From positions 1 to 60,799 of the forward strand of contig MCFE01000537.1 in NCBI GenBank assembly GCA_002104905.1: a stretch of DNA of 60,799 nucleotides, read 5' to 3'. Of the stretch, positions 1-11,300 are shown in pieces. The position numbers and the translations under genes were made by a program. The notes beneath the pieces are model-generated. The model was not told the DNA's origin, searched no databases, and saw only the letters and a list, made by a program, of their open reading frames with translations. The stretch is from Basidiobolus meristosporus CBS 931.73 (Eukaryota; Fungi; Basidiobolomycota). Position 1 is the stretch's first letter. Each line of letters begins with the position of its first letter.

Positions 1-800
1 GGATTAGCAGAAGATATATAACATGATAATTAGATCAGAATGCTCTAGGAATATACTGGAAGGTTCTATGTTAATACTTTGTATCATCAATCAGGTATCA
101 CTGATCTAATAAGTGAATAATTAGCAACAATATTTATGGCATAGGAATAATGCAGGTAGCAACATGCATATAAGCCCAGTGTAACCAATACTAGCATGGG
201 CACCTGCCTGGTATAGATACTGCTACTGATCACATAGCTAGATAGCTCATGAAAAAACTAATACCAGTGACCAATTTCATTTTGTAGCATGTAAGGGTAA
301 TGCTGGAAAGCTGTAGAGGTACAATATTGACAGGAGAAAATTTGAACAAATGTGGTATAGTAGCCATATTAGTCAGCTTGTGTTTGGGAGGTATGTCCAC
401 ATTACTACACAGGTTATGGACATCAGCTGCATTTGCATATGCAATTACTTCATCAAAGTGTTAATTAGCTTCTCTTATGACATTATTCTGATATAATACA
501 TCAATGACTGCAGATAGACAAAGTTACCCTATGTTTGGTGCTGCAGTGGGGTGTTCAACTATTATGCTATCTATATTGATTTTCTCTTGACAACATTGCT
601 CAGGATTCTTGTGCAGCCAATGTGGGGAGAAGTGGCAGTGTAATACAATCATAACCATATGGTTTTGTACAATGATGACCATCATTAGGGGATAAAGGTT
701 TCACAGCTGCCATAAAGTTCTCCTGAGTACAGCAAATTAAGACTGTCCAGGTGCTTTCTAGCTAAGCAATTGATTTCAGACTACAAAGCCTACTTCTTGG
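1..800. mobile_element. Degenerate, CpG-free repeat-like block (family not identified)
   Basis: I see no CG dinucleotide before 803, and there is no ORF of 60 aa or more before 762. Composition matches the decayed TE region beyond 33.2 kb. No domain recognised. Confidence 0.4.
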
Positions 801-903
801 CACGTGAAGGTCAAGAAACTCAGCCCATATCACTACAGTTATATATTGGAAAATCCCACCAATGCAGTGTTGTAATATTGCACTAGTTGGTGAATCTTCC
901 GCA

Positions 904-1506
904 ATAAAATTCACGCTTTTATCTGCTGTAGCTGCCGCTACTCTTTTGGTTGCCAACGCTGCACCTGTAGACAATGAGCTTGGCCAGCCATCAGCCACTT
1001 GAAGGCAATCATTACTTGCAATTGTGACTGACAATGAGCCATGTTTACCACTCAGTCAAATATGGTCACAAGCGACCTCCATGGATTGGGAGAACTATGA
1101 AACAAGTAATTCTGACCGGTTTTCACCTCTCCTCAGCACCACGTGTACAGCACCGCGCTGCGACAAGTCAGTAACTAACGGGCTTGCAAGTTAGATAAAA
1201 GATGGATGTTCTCAGGATGTATCACAAAAGGTAGTAAAGATGATCTCCTATGTACTGGAGAACTACGAGCCATTGATTGCATTTGAGTGCACACAAAATT
1301 CCCAGCAAGAATACTGTCTCTTGTTGGAATGGAAAGATCTGCAAGATAGCATGGACGCAGATCTGTCTGAGGTGCCAGATGATAAATTATGCACCGAATG
1401 TGTCCAAAACTGGGTCAAGATGTACGATCAATATGCCGAAATCTACGCTGACTTATTCTCCAACGCAACCGATGTCCAACAGGTCAAACAGCGCTGCGGC
1501 TATTAA
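904..1506 (+). pseudogene. Pseudogene of a secreted cysteine-rich protein
   Basis: One frame from ATA (904) to TAA (1506): (I)KFTLLSAVAAATLLVANAAPVD signal-peptide-like start, then Cys-rich helical region (CLPL, CTAPRC, ECTQNSQQEYC, LCTECVQNW). In-frame stops TGA 1000 and TAG 1192; no ATG at the start. The ORF track sees only the 1240-1506 tail. Confidence 0.7.
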
Positions 1507-2404
1507 CAGGCCTAAAGCCTCATTCTTCAAGTCATCCATTACTGCCAGTCAATACAATCATCATCAATAAATATCCATGTCTCCGACTGAATAGAAAGTA
1601 ATAGGGCCACAGTGGCGGCTCACCTAGTAGCTGCCCAATGCATTAATGAGGCATTATCGCTTGTTTACCCAGAAAATATGGAGGATCCTGAACAAACCCT
1701 TCCATCTCCTCACATAACCTGAATTGTTTGGAACGAATTATGTTTCATTACACGTTCAAGCGACCAAGTTATTATTGATTGAATGCTCAAAATTCATCAT
1801 TTTTGATTGGTACAACAAGGGATTTCACGCATTCCGTTTGGCATATTTATAAAGCGATACTTAGTTTGCAGTTGTAAGAGGAGACTGAAGCTGAATTTAG
1901 AGTACAGGTACTATTTTTCACCCGTACATACTCAGTTTCTGTGGACTGAAAATCGGAAATACGTGGGGCATATACCTTCGATATTGATTGCCATGTGACT
2001 AAGAGTTCGTATTTGTGCTGAAATAATGTTAGGGCACTTCTCACGCACGTTAACCAGATTCTGACCCAACTAACATCGGTTATATTTAGTTTAGTGGCCA
2101 TACAAACTGCCCCATATATCATTCCTGGATGTGGGGCTCACGATTCTCTAATTAGATATGTTGGAATAACATTCGCGTAGTTCCCTGGCACCCAATCACA
2201 TTGGGTACAAGGATATTGCAAAAAATATGTATAAGCATTTATGAAGTAGGGATTGTACACTGGGATTAAATACATGTAAATTAGCTTGAGATATGGAGCC
2301 GTCTCAGAGATAGGACCGGGAAGCCCAAGTAGATTAGAACAAATACACATCGATTAGAAATAAGTAGGTTGTAACATCAAGGCCAAATCTAACATTTCAT
2401 GAAT

Positions 2405-3325
2405 TTACATCTGGGCCAACTGGTTTTGAACGACTGCCTTGTGGATTGCATTCCCACCGGAACTCTGCTCAAGAGGCATGAAGATCACTTTGGTTCCTGG
2501 GCTCTTGCTCATTGAGCTTAATGTTTCCAAATAGCGTATTTGCATGGCGGCAGGTGTATTCAAGATCTCGGCCGCTTCACGCATTAATTTTGCCGAGTCA
2601 ACCTCGGCTTGAGCAGATATGACCTTGGACTCACCAATTCTCTTTTGGGTAGCCGCACTCGAAAGCGACTCCTGCAGCTCTTTGGAGAACTCCAAGTCCT
2701 TGATCAGTATTGACTCAATGGTAACGCCCCATTCCCTAGCTGGGATATCAATCATCTCACGGATATCATCGGCGATAGTTTCTCGATTTTCAATGCAATC
2801 CTGTAATACCCGAGTTCCAAGGACGCCCCTCAGGGTGGTTTGGGTTCGCTCCATGAGGGCCTGACGGACGTCACTGACCCCAAACAATGACTGGTATGGA
2901 TCTACGACGTGATAGTAGACAACCGAATCTATTTTGATATTCACATTGTCCTTGGTCATGATGCGGATGTCTTCAATTAAGGCAATTTGGACCTTGATAT
3001 CAACCTGATGCAGCCGCTCCGTGAATACGTTCACGCTAGTCAATCCGGGGTCGACACACTTGTAGACCCGACCAAAACGTGACACTAGGCCGACATATCC
3101 TTGGTCCACCTCCTTGTTAGGGTTAGGACAGCAGAAGCAGCCTGGGATGGATCCAAATGCTCCGAAGAGATTCCCTAGAGATTGCAAAGCAACGCCGTAG
3201 AAACCGGTTACGGGCTCGACAGGGATTTCTTTGGCAAACGATTTCGACATAACATGATTAGTTGGCTGGGAAGTGATCTCGGGTGTGGGTTGCTGTGGAT
3301 TCGATGTGGATGGCCCTTTGGACAT
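2405..3325 (-). CDS. Stomatin / SPFH (band 7) family membrane protein, intronless
   Basis: TKDNVNIKIDSVVYYHVVDP, QTTLRGVLG, WGVTIESILIKD, AAEILNTPAAMQIRYLETL. First ATG in the ORF is at 3325; the track start at 3340 is TTG. Confidence 0.95.
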   Translation of the reverse strand: MSKGPSTSNPQQPTPEITSQPTNHVMSKSFAKEIPVEPVTGFYGVALQSLGNLFGAFGSIPGCFCCPNPNKEVDQGYVGLVSRFGRVYKCVDPGLTSVNVFTERLHQVDIKVQIALIEDIRIMTKDNVNIKIDSVVYYHVVDPYQSLFGVSDVRQALMERTQTTLRGVLGTRVLQDCIENRETIADDIREMIDIPAREWGVTIESILIKDLEFSKELQESLSSAATQKRIGESKVISAQAEVDSAKLMREAAEILNTPAAMQIRYLETLSSMSKSPGTKVIFMPLEQSSGGNAIHKAVVQNQLAQM

Positions 3326-4431
3326 AGCTGAATTAGTCAAGTGGTTTGACTGGATTATGGTAAGTGGTAAGGAGGGCGGATGCGCAAGTCACTTTTATAT
3401 TTCAGAACTGGCGATAGGCTCGAAGCTGCAGCATGCGGATCAGCTATGTCAATAAGAAACACCAGCAATCACATGTATACAATAGAAGTTCCAGTTGTAC
3501 AACCTTAGCGTATCATTATCTACCGTTTGAGCCCAACTGATAGCTGCCTCCATCGATGAGCCAATCAAAAGGGCCTTCTTATTTGCTAGGTTTTAACCGA
3601 ATCCCTTTTGATGAAGCTGCATTGTCCCGCACTCTTTCGTGCCCATTGGGGTCACCTGATGCGTGGAAACAGGGTCGGCCCAAATAGGGAAGGGTTCTCT
3701 TGGCATCAGAGTCAGCACACCCACTCGCCCTATTGACACCGCTCTTATTAGGTGTAAGGTAAGCGAACACAATGTATTCGCGATGCAGCTTGCAGTGAAA
3801 CACTCTACTGAATGGTTGTTTGTTTTCTACCGAATCTATCCCAACCCGCGAGCCATGCCTTGTGCAAAACATAACCGGTCTACACAGCATCTCCTCTATC
3901 CTCAACCTTTGCTAAACATGAAGCGTCGACCGTCCTTACAGGGCCAAATATAGAACTTCTATCCGCCGCCTCAGGCCAAGCTGGATGGCACAGTCCACCT
4001 CCACGGGCGTTACTGATCCATCGGGGCGATGTTTCCTTATTGGATAACAAAGTATAGCCTATGCGCCATGATCCCATCTTACGGACCAGACGTCGCGACT
4101 ATCATGCTCACATACCTCTCCTAGGCCCGGATCAAGTGTGCCATCCTACTTGCCGCATGCCTGGGTGCTACTGCACACCGGTCAGTTTGCATTCCTGAAA
4201 AGGGTTGTGTGGCTGGCTGGGCTAATCCCAGGGATTTTATTACATGGAATTTAGTGGCACCAACGAATCTAAGCATGAATGATCAATATGTCCACTGCAT
4301 CCATGAGATGCTATCTAAAAATGGCCATTATGTTTGGTTTGTAGGAAGGTTGAGACGGCAGGTACATGAGCCCTAATACAAAGATGATCTAATTGAGGTT
4401 TTGCTGGTTCATCTCTATTGTGCCAAAGGAA

Positions 4432-4941
4432 TCAGTGGTTGTTGCTCCCCGAGGGCTTTTTGGTAAAGGTGTTACGCCCCAGCACATCATCTCTGGTGAG
4501 TTCAGCCAGGCACATGATTCGTTCGATGATAGATTCATCAATACACAGGTCGCTGATGGCGTTCCTCAAGTTGTCCATGACAGAGTCGAAGTCAGCATCC
4601 TTGAGATCCAGCACTCGTTTGTGAGCAGCCCTCATATGCTTGGTATTGATAGGCTTTCCTCCGAACAGGTGGATCAAAAATAGGGTTTGCATACGATGCA
4701 AACGCTCTACATTCACGCCGAGAAAGAATTTGCATGTCGCAGGAGAAGTCAAGTTGTAATGAGCGAAATTAAGGGCGATCTTCTCAACCTGCACCTCCCC
4801 AATTAGCTCCAGCAGTGTATCACTCCCAAGCTCCAAGCAGTTGTTGGCGATGGACTCCAGAGAGCCTAGAGCATGGCCCGAGAATGGGCACACCAGTTTG
4901 TCGTCTATAAATTGCTGATTTGAACATTGGGCAGGCATCAT
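4432..4941 (-). CDS. Group I truncated (2/2) hemoglobin with a short N-terminal extension, 169 aa, intronless
   Basis: KFFLGVNVERLHRMQTLFLIHLFGG, MRAAH (proximal His F8), FDSVMDNL, TRDDVLG match TrHb1/GlbN. ATG 4941 chosen because TATAAAAG lies about 53 nt upstream. Confidence 0.9.
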   Translation of the reverse strand: MMPAQCSNQQFIDDKLVCPFSGHALGSLESIANNCLELGSDTLLELIGEVQVEKIALNFAHYNLTSPATCKFFLGVNVERLHRMQTLFLIHLFGGKPINTKHMRAAHKRVLDLKDADFDSVMDNLRNAISDLCIDESIIERIMCLAELTRDDVLGRNTFTKKPSGSNNH

Positions 4942-4993
4942 GGAATCACTTCGCAGAAAAAGAATTTCTTTCGGCAGGTCATGGCCTCTATTT

Positions 4994-5001
4994 CTTTTAT
5001 A
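4994..5001 (-). promoter_or_regulatory. Putative TATA box of the truncated hemoglobin gene
   Basis: TATAAAAG on the minus strand, 53 nt upstream of ATG 4941. Confidence 0.4.
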
Positions 5002-6746
5002 CTCACGCATCCAATACATTCTATGGGAACATTGCATCCTGGGTAGTGCACCATGCTGCCTCTTCAAGAAGAGGACTCCATGCCCACTAGGGATCTGGAT
5101 CTAGTGCCCGTAATACTAAACATATTCGGCGTCATGTTTCTGACTATAGGATCTGCGATCGAAAAATATCAATGGGGAGGCGTGAAGTGAAATGGTTTAT
5201 TTGTTCCATAAGTTCTATACAAGTAATCTGTACACGTTACATTGACCGAACTTTAAATTTTCCGAGTAAACAGACATACATTTCAGCCGCGGCAAGTCAG
5301 GCTGTAGGTCACGAATGTGCCCGTTGGTTGGCGATGGGGAGGATGGTTCTCTACGACTGGAGCGTATTATGAGTAGCCTTCTACCTTAACGACGGAGGGG
5401 TATCACATTTGTTTGCGGGATATTCGGCTTGTGCAGATTGCTCTTTGGATCGTAGCTCTGTGTTGTGTCTCCATTACCAATACTTGTCGTAGTGGAATCT
5501 TAGTGCCTGCATCTATACGTTGATCTATTGAAGCATGTAGTACTAATAGGTTGGTCATTCGATATCCGCTACTCAGAGATTTGGCAATAATGCTGTCATA
5601 CATCAGAGAATTGGCCCCATATGAGAACTAGCAATCAAGCGATTATTTTGGGCCTCTGTTCCATCTCTGATCCTCATGTACCAAGTCAAACGCCGACGTC
5701 GATCTCTGTTATTTGAAGATGGTCCCATATTCTGAATTAGGCATGAGGGCTGGATGCTGCAGCCGCTCCAATTAAAATGGCTGAATGGCTTCTAGTTTAG
5801 AGTAACAGTTGGAGAGAGAGACTAGCAACCCCGCGTATTCTATAAGGATCCCAAGCTTCATCTTGATTCGCGGATTCCCATACGGTTCCTGGAAGAATGA
5901 CGGGATCGTAGTAGATGGATTTAGCTTGAATAATTCAAGGCTTGTGATCTCGGAACCAGCCGAGCGGTGCTACTACGCTTGATAAGATATTGCAACACTA
6001 TCTGGCCATCTCCCACACAGAATCTCTCACCAGAACCTGGCGCCAAATTTACCGCTAATTCCCATCCAACCAATTCAATCTTCGCTGAAACACCACCAAT
6101 AATATCCCAGAGATGGCTAGAGGGAGAGCCTCTCGGCTCAATGGCTTGGTTTCTCCCAGGGGGATCGCAAAACTACTACAAATGGAGCGGGTGGAAAAGA
6201 TATCCAGCTCGGAGCTAAGCTGTATCTTCGCATAGATCGATTCATTCTCTACCATTCCATTTACATCATGCCTATTCTCGCACCCTTCGAGGTGGCAAAG
6301 GTCTCTACGCCTATACCAAGACCACTGTGGCCGGAAGATTTATTTACGGTAGACACGCAACAAGTGCCCATTCATCTCGGATGGAAAGATCGTGGTCACA
6401 CCCAAACGGCCTCTATTCATGGTCACTAGGGTACATCAATGTATACAAAAGATTGGGGTTCGGGCTTTCCACCCGAGGGATTTATAATGGTGGCAAACGA
6501 TATTAAAGATTATACTAAGAGGAAGGCAGCAGGAAACCATGCGAAATTAATTAGAAAGCCCCGGATGTAAAGACTTCCGGACAAGCAAGGCGTGTGTTGA
6601 CCAGGCCAAAGGATATTGACTGTGTATGGTTTCTCCTGGTACGTATCTGACGAGGATGAGAGCAATAGAGTGAGAAGGTACATGGGGTTGATGGTACATT
6701 AGTTTTAAGTGTGAAGTGGAAGGTTTGGGCTAGCAATAGCCGCTCA

Positions 6747-7658
6747 TCAAACCAACGCTACCAAGGCTTGTATGACACCTCCTGCGGGAACGTTGATTTC
6801 TTGGATGGTTGTACTGTTGTTCAGCATCTTACCCATGTAGAAAAAGCGAGCATTTACCCTACTTGGATCTACGTTTTCGACCCCGCATACCTTGCTTTTC
6901 ACCACCTCCATGTTATCGAGCGGACTAACCTTGATTCGAATATCCTTCCCGGTACTTAGCCGGACCACAAGCTCCTCCCCTTCGTCGCTTGTGCTGGTTG
7001 AGGTCTGGGGCATGTACATGGGATAGCCATATGGCTCAGACTCTGCATGTTCGGTGATGGTGATGGTAGGGATTTGTCCAGGGTTGCTTTTGTGGTTAAG
7101 CTCATACTCTGCGCTGGGGTGATTCGGGCTAGAGCCTGGAGTGGGTCTAATGAGGTTCGCGGGCTCAGCAAAGCAATAAATGGGAATGATATAACGGTTT
7201 CCAAGCTCATCGTAGCAACCGTCTGATAAATGGCCGGTGGGAACAGATAAGCGTAGGGAATCAACAATTGATTGCGCCTGGCTTAGATCGGTTGTCTCGC
7301 AGACGGTACGAAGCCTTTGCCAAATTTCACGACGTCCCTGGAAATTCCGACTTGGGGCTTAGATGCGATTGCTAAGGTAAACAAAAATAGCTACTCACTA
7401 CCTCGTATGTGGGTGCAGTCTCCCAGAATTCGTCTCGTTTTGCTTTGAGCTGCTCAAGGGTTAAGGGGGTATCTGAGGTCCAGGTTAAGGATTTCTTCCG
7501 AAGAGGTTTATTGCCTGCCAAGACAACCAGAGTAGGGTTAGGGATTTTGGTGGGGAAGAGTAGGCTTCGAGGGCAAGGAACTTACCTTCGGTGGGTAAAT
7601 AATTCTCTGGGTCATGATTGGTCTCGTTTTCGTCGAGTTGTGAGGAACAGCAACCCAT
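6747..7658 (-). CDS. Ubiquitin domain-containing protein (UBTD1/UBTD2, DC-UbP family), 3 exons
   Basis: Exon 1 MGCCSSQ (donor GTAAGT at 7585). Exon 2 WTSDTPLTLEQLKAKRDEFWETAP. Exon 3 GRREIWQRL...CYDELGNRYIIPIYC plus C-terminal Ubl domain (VRLSTGKDI...RFFYMGKML). Confidence 0.9.
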
Positions 7659-9603
7659 ACTGAAGGCTTGAGAAGAATGACCAGAACGAGATACTCTTTG
7701 GGATTTATTTGGAAGAAATGAGTGTACGCTACTTTCCGGAGCAGCCTTTTATGGCTTAATATAGCGAGTGGGAAGCGGTCGGATAGAGGAGCGAAAGTTC
7801 CTAGAAAATGGAGTAACAGAAACCAATAATCGAATCCACATATAACATTAGTGACCAACATATTCTACATAATCGGAAATGATGACATCAATTTCAAGTT
7901 TGAACCCAAATTGAACCAGAAACCCAGTGTCATCTAACCATATGGAATCAAGATATTGATTCTTTTAACATCTGATTCAACTGGTGATCAGCAGGATTGC
8001 ACCAATGTTCCCATTCAATCCAATTCCAGATCAATGTGAAATCCGCTGCTGGACACAGTGAACTAGGATTACCGGCACGACTAGATTACCACAAACACCT
8101 GGCATGAAGAGGGCGCTAGTCACTACAGAAACTAGGGTTGGCCAATACCAGTCGGATTCCTTGGCCCGGCAGCCCCATAAGGATGGGAGATCGGGTACAC
8201 ATCCATCTGCTGCATATATATTTGCACCATTCCCGAACTACGTTTGGTTCGCAGTCTTGCACCGTCTCCCAAGGACGGATTAAGCACGCCTGGCAATTAC
8301 TACTTGATATGTCTACAGATTGTGCGATCTGATCATCAATACATGTGGGAGCGTAGGGTGACCAGGTTGAGGGAAGAGCTTTCAACCTTGGCCCACCTTC
8401 TGGCAAGACCATTCAAGCACACTGTGGATATCCTACCACACGGCAAAGTGCGATGGACCTGGGCGACGGCCTACAATGTGTGTCTTTATGGCGCTACGTA
8501 AGTCGATGTCTTGTCTTAAGGAATGCCAACAAAGCACTAAAGTGTAGGATATGGGTTACACACCGCAGCCACCCTTCTCAGGCGTTCATTGGGCCAGTTA
8601 TCACGTTCACCAGTGCGCTACGAATGCACCATTCTCCAAGACTCTAGATCGCTTGACCCTGCTTGGACCAAATTGGTGCTACTACAGTCAGACCATCATT
8701 GAATGGCACGGATTTAACTCTGTGCCCGGGTGGTTCATTATGCGCGCCGGAGAGGCAGCCGAAGATTGTAAAACTGATTGACGAAGCACACCTTGGGCTG
8801 ACTAGACTTCGCCAGCATGCTTGGATCTCATGACTGAGTCCAAATTGGAATGTGGTTGTGGTATGCTCATTCCAATGGCACACGACGATTTGATTTGCTA
8901 CGGGTTTGATCGGAAATCAAGCTTAGTCGCTGGGAGAAATTTCCGCGGGCTTCTGAGCAAGAGTACGTAATCGAATCCCACATACCGATTATAAAATAGC
9001 ATTTTCAACAGCGTTGCCCACCACATCACCCTAGCTATTCTCTCGTGGCACCGATTGAAAGAAGTCTGCCCGTTCGCCTTCAACAGAGGCGGATCGGTGT
9101 CAGATTTCCCCCTTTTCATTTGGCTGTTTAACCCGAGGGCAGAAGATTCGTCTTCTTAGGTGTAGATCAATTGAGCATCTCAACGTCCCATCTTTTCTCA
9201 GACCTACGCTGACGAGATACCAGTCTAGGTTCGTTCCTTGGGATACATAATAAACATGGGCATTTACGTGGTCGGGTGGTGGGGAGTAAATTACCCCGAT
9301 GCTCGCCAGCAGTCCTCAATCGAGCTGTAGTGCACTCTTGCTTATCACCCTGCCCGCTGGGAAGTAGCCTGGGCGGTGGCGGTTTATTAATGCTCTTTTC
9401 TGTAAATAACTATGCAACATAACCGAGTACACATAATCCGGGTGTTGTTGAGATCCGCTATATTTCAAAACAATCAACACGGACCCAGTGAATTCGCCGG
9501 GAGTTACATGAGGAAACGGAGAAAAGTAAACCTATCAAATATGGTAAATATATCTGGTCCATCCATTACATGAGGATTAGCGGGTGATTCGGGTGGTCCG
9601 GTA

Positions 9604-11300
9604 TTAGAAATAAACACGTTGCGCCTCACTGGGCATGGAGTCGGATGGGCAGTATGGGCATTTGAAGCGACTAGATGGTGATACTACGGTTAGCGCGTCG
9701 ACAAAGACAGAGCAATCTCCACCCTAGCTATACCTATTCCCTTTGGCGAGTTTATTCAAGCTTTCTTTGCATATAACATGCCCGCACGGCATCATCATCG
9801 GTGGGTTCTCCTCAGTAGCTTGCTCTTTCGACACTGGACAAGCAAACACCGAATGGAAGCGCACGTCATCTACAAGATGGATTTCCACCTAAGAGGGATA
9901 GGTTTGACTAAAGGGTGCATTGATAAACCTCTTCTGCGTCTCTTACCGGCAGCTCGTCTTGCTGACTCCACTCAGCTTTCTTTTCTTTCATTATAGTTGC
10001 CATTTTTATGATGGTAGGGACCGCGGCGGCACCTACGGTAACACTATAGAACCAAGCGATGGTCAGCGTTTTGGTGGAAAATGGACGATCTCTCCAGGGT
10101 ACCTAATATACAAAGGGCTTTCACAAGGCATCCCCAGCAAGCTACAGAAATCCCGCGTGAATGCATGCTGGATGTCAAACCAATGCGAGTTGGATAGCAG
10201 GTCTGCATAGGGTGAGTTTTCCAATCGGTTGATAAAAAGTATAGCGCACATAAACCGCTGAATCTCTATATCCGCACCCAACACACCATGATAAGAAACT
10301 AAACTGAGTGTCGAGAGTTGTTAAGAAGAGCTGATCTACCTGGCAAATGGCGAGTTGCGAAATATCCAAAGTTCAACTTGGCGTAGACCAATGCCTCCGA
10401 TGCCAGTTTCTTACTCAATAGATGCGCAAAATGCAGTCGATGGAGATTAAACTCCAGCGGGCTTCCCTTCTTCTCTAACTCCACGCGATGCTTCTTGGCC
10501 CAACTAAAGAAAGAGGCTCCAGGTCAGTCGACGCATTACAGATGGCGACAAAGAGTGGTAGTAAAAATTCAACGGGAGCATACATCAAGGCTGGCTCCAG
10601 GTCGTGCTTCTTGATGGCCTCCAGGATTTGGTACATTTCCATAAATTGTAACTTGAGTGATTCCGAGGGCTCCATGTGAGCTTCCTATATTGCAGGTGAA
10701 TAAAGCTCCTGGATGAAGATTAAAGAAGCAACAAGCATTTACCCTAACAAACGTGTCCCCAACGTCAAATTGCCCTTGGCGAACAAAATGCTGTGCAATC
10801 GTTTGGTTCAGAACCTTCTCTTTTCCTGAAAAGGCCTGTGGGTTCGAAGCACTTTCCAAATAGCTCTTAAACTTCTAGATATGCCACAGGCGTGTTAAAT
10901 TCCACGGATCAAAGGAGCAGTAACTACCAGAAAAACCAACAAACTAACTTTATCAATTGATTTGCCGTATTTGCTTAGAACAGAATGGAGCTCTTTGTTA
11001 CTATCGGAGACCTGGCCACCAGAATCTTTGACATCTTTGTTCAGCTGCGAGAGGGTATTTTTGAAGGAGGTGGGATCTATATCGAGTGAAATTGGGAAAA
11101 TGTTATTGGATTACTCAGATGGGAGCAGATTAGATTCCAAAGAAAGCAAGAAATAACCAAGATTATAGCAAACCTTGTAAAATGTGCTCTCTAGCTTTTG
11201 TTAACTGCTGAATGACCGTATCAACGTTCTTGTTGACTTCGAGAGAAACTGCTTTTTGCTTTTTTTCAACTTTTTCAAAGTCTTTGAGTAACGAATCCAT
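9604..11300 (-). CDS. RMND5: CTLH/GID E3 ligase subunit RMND5 (Rmd5/Gid2), multi-exon
   Basis: LisH ([18 protein letters not shown]), CTLH ([10 protein letters not shown]), CRA ([10 protein letters not shown]) and degenerate RING ([13 protein letters not shown]...[10 protein letters not shown]...FKCPYCP); stop TAA at 9604. Confidence 0.92.

Noticed and set aside
5700-6260. Short ORFs between the globin and UBTD genes
   Set aside because: No family motifs; stop density looks random.
8395-8795. GKTIQA (about 8403) and LIDEAH (about 8775) resembling SF2 helicase motifs I and II
   Set aside because: Different frames, and the intervening sequence lacks motif Ia or any other helicase motif; likely chance.
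9430-9490. Imperfect hairpin downstream of RMND5
   Set aside because: Short and bulged, with no ncRNA hallmark motifs.
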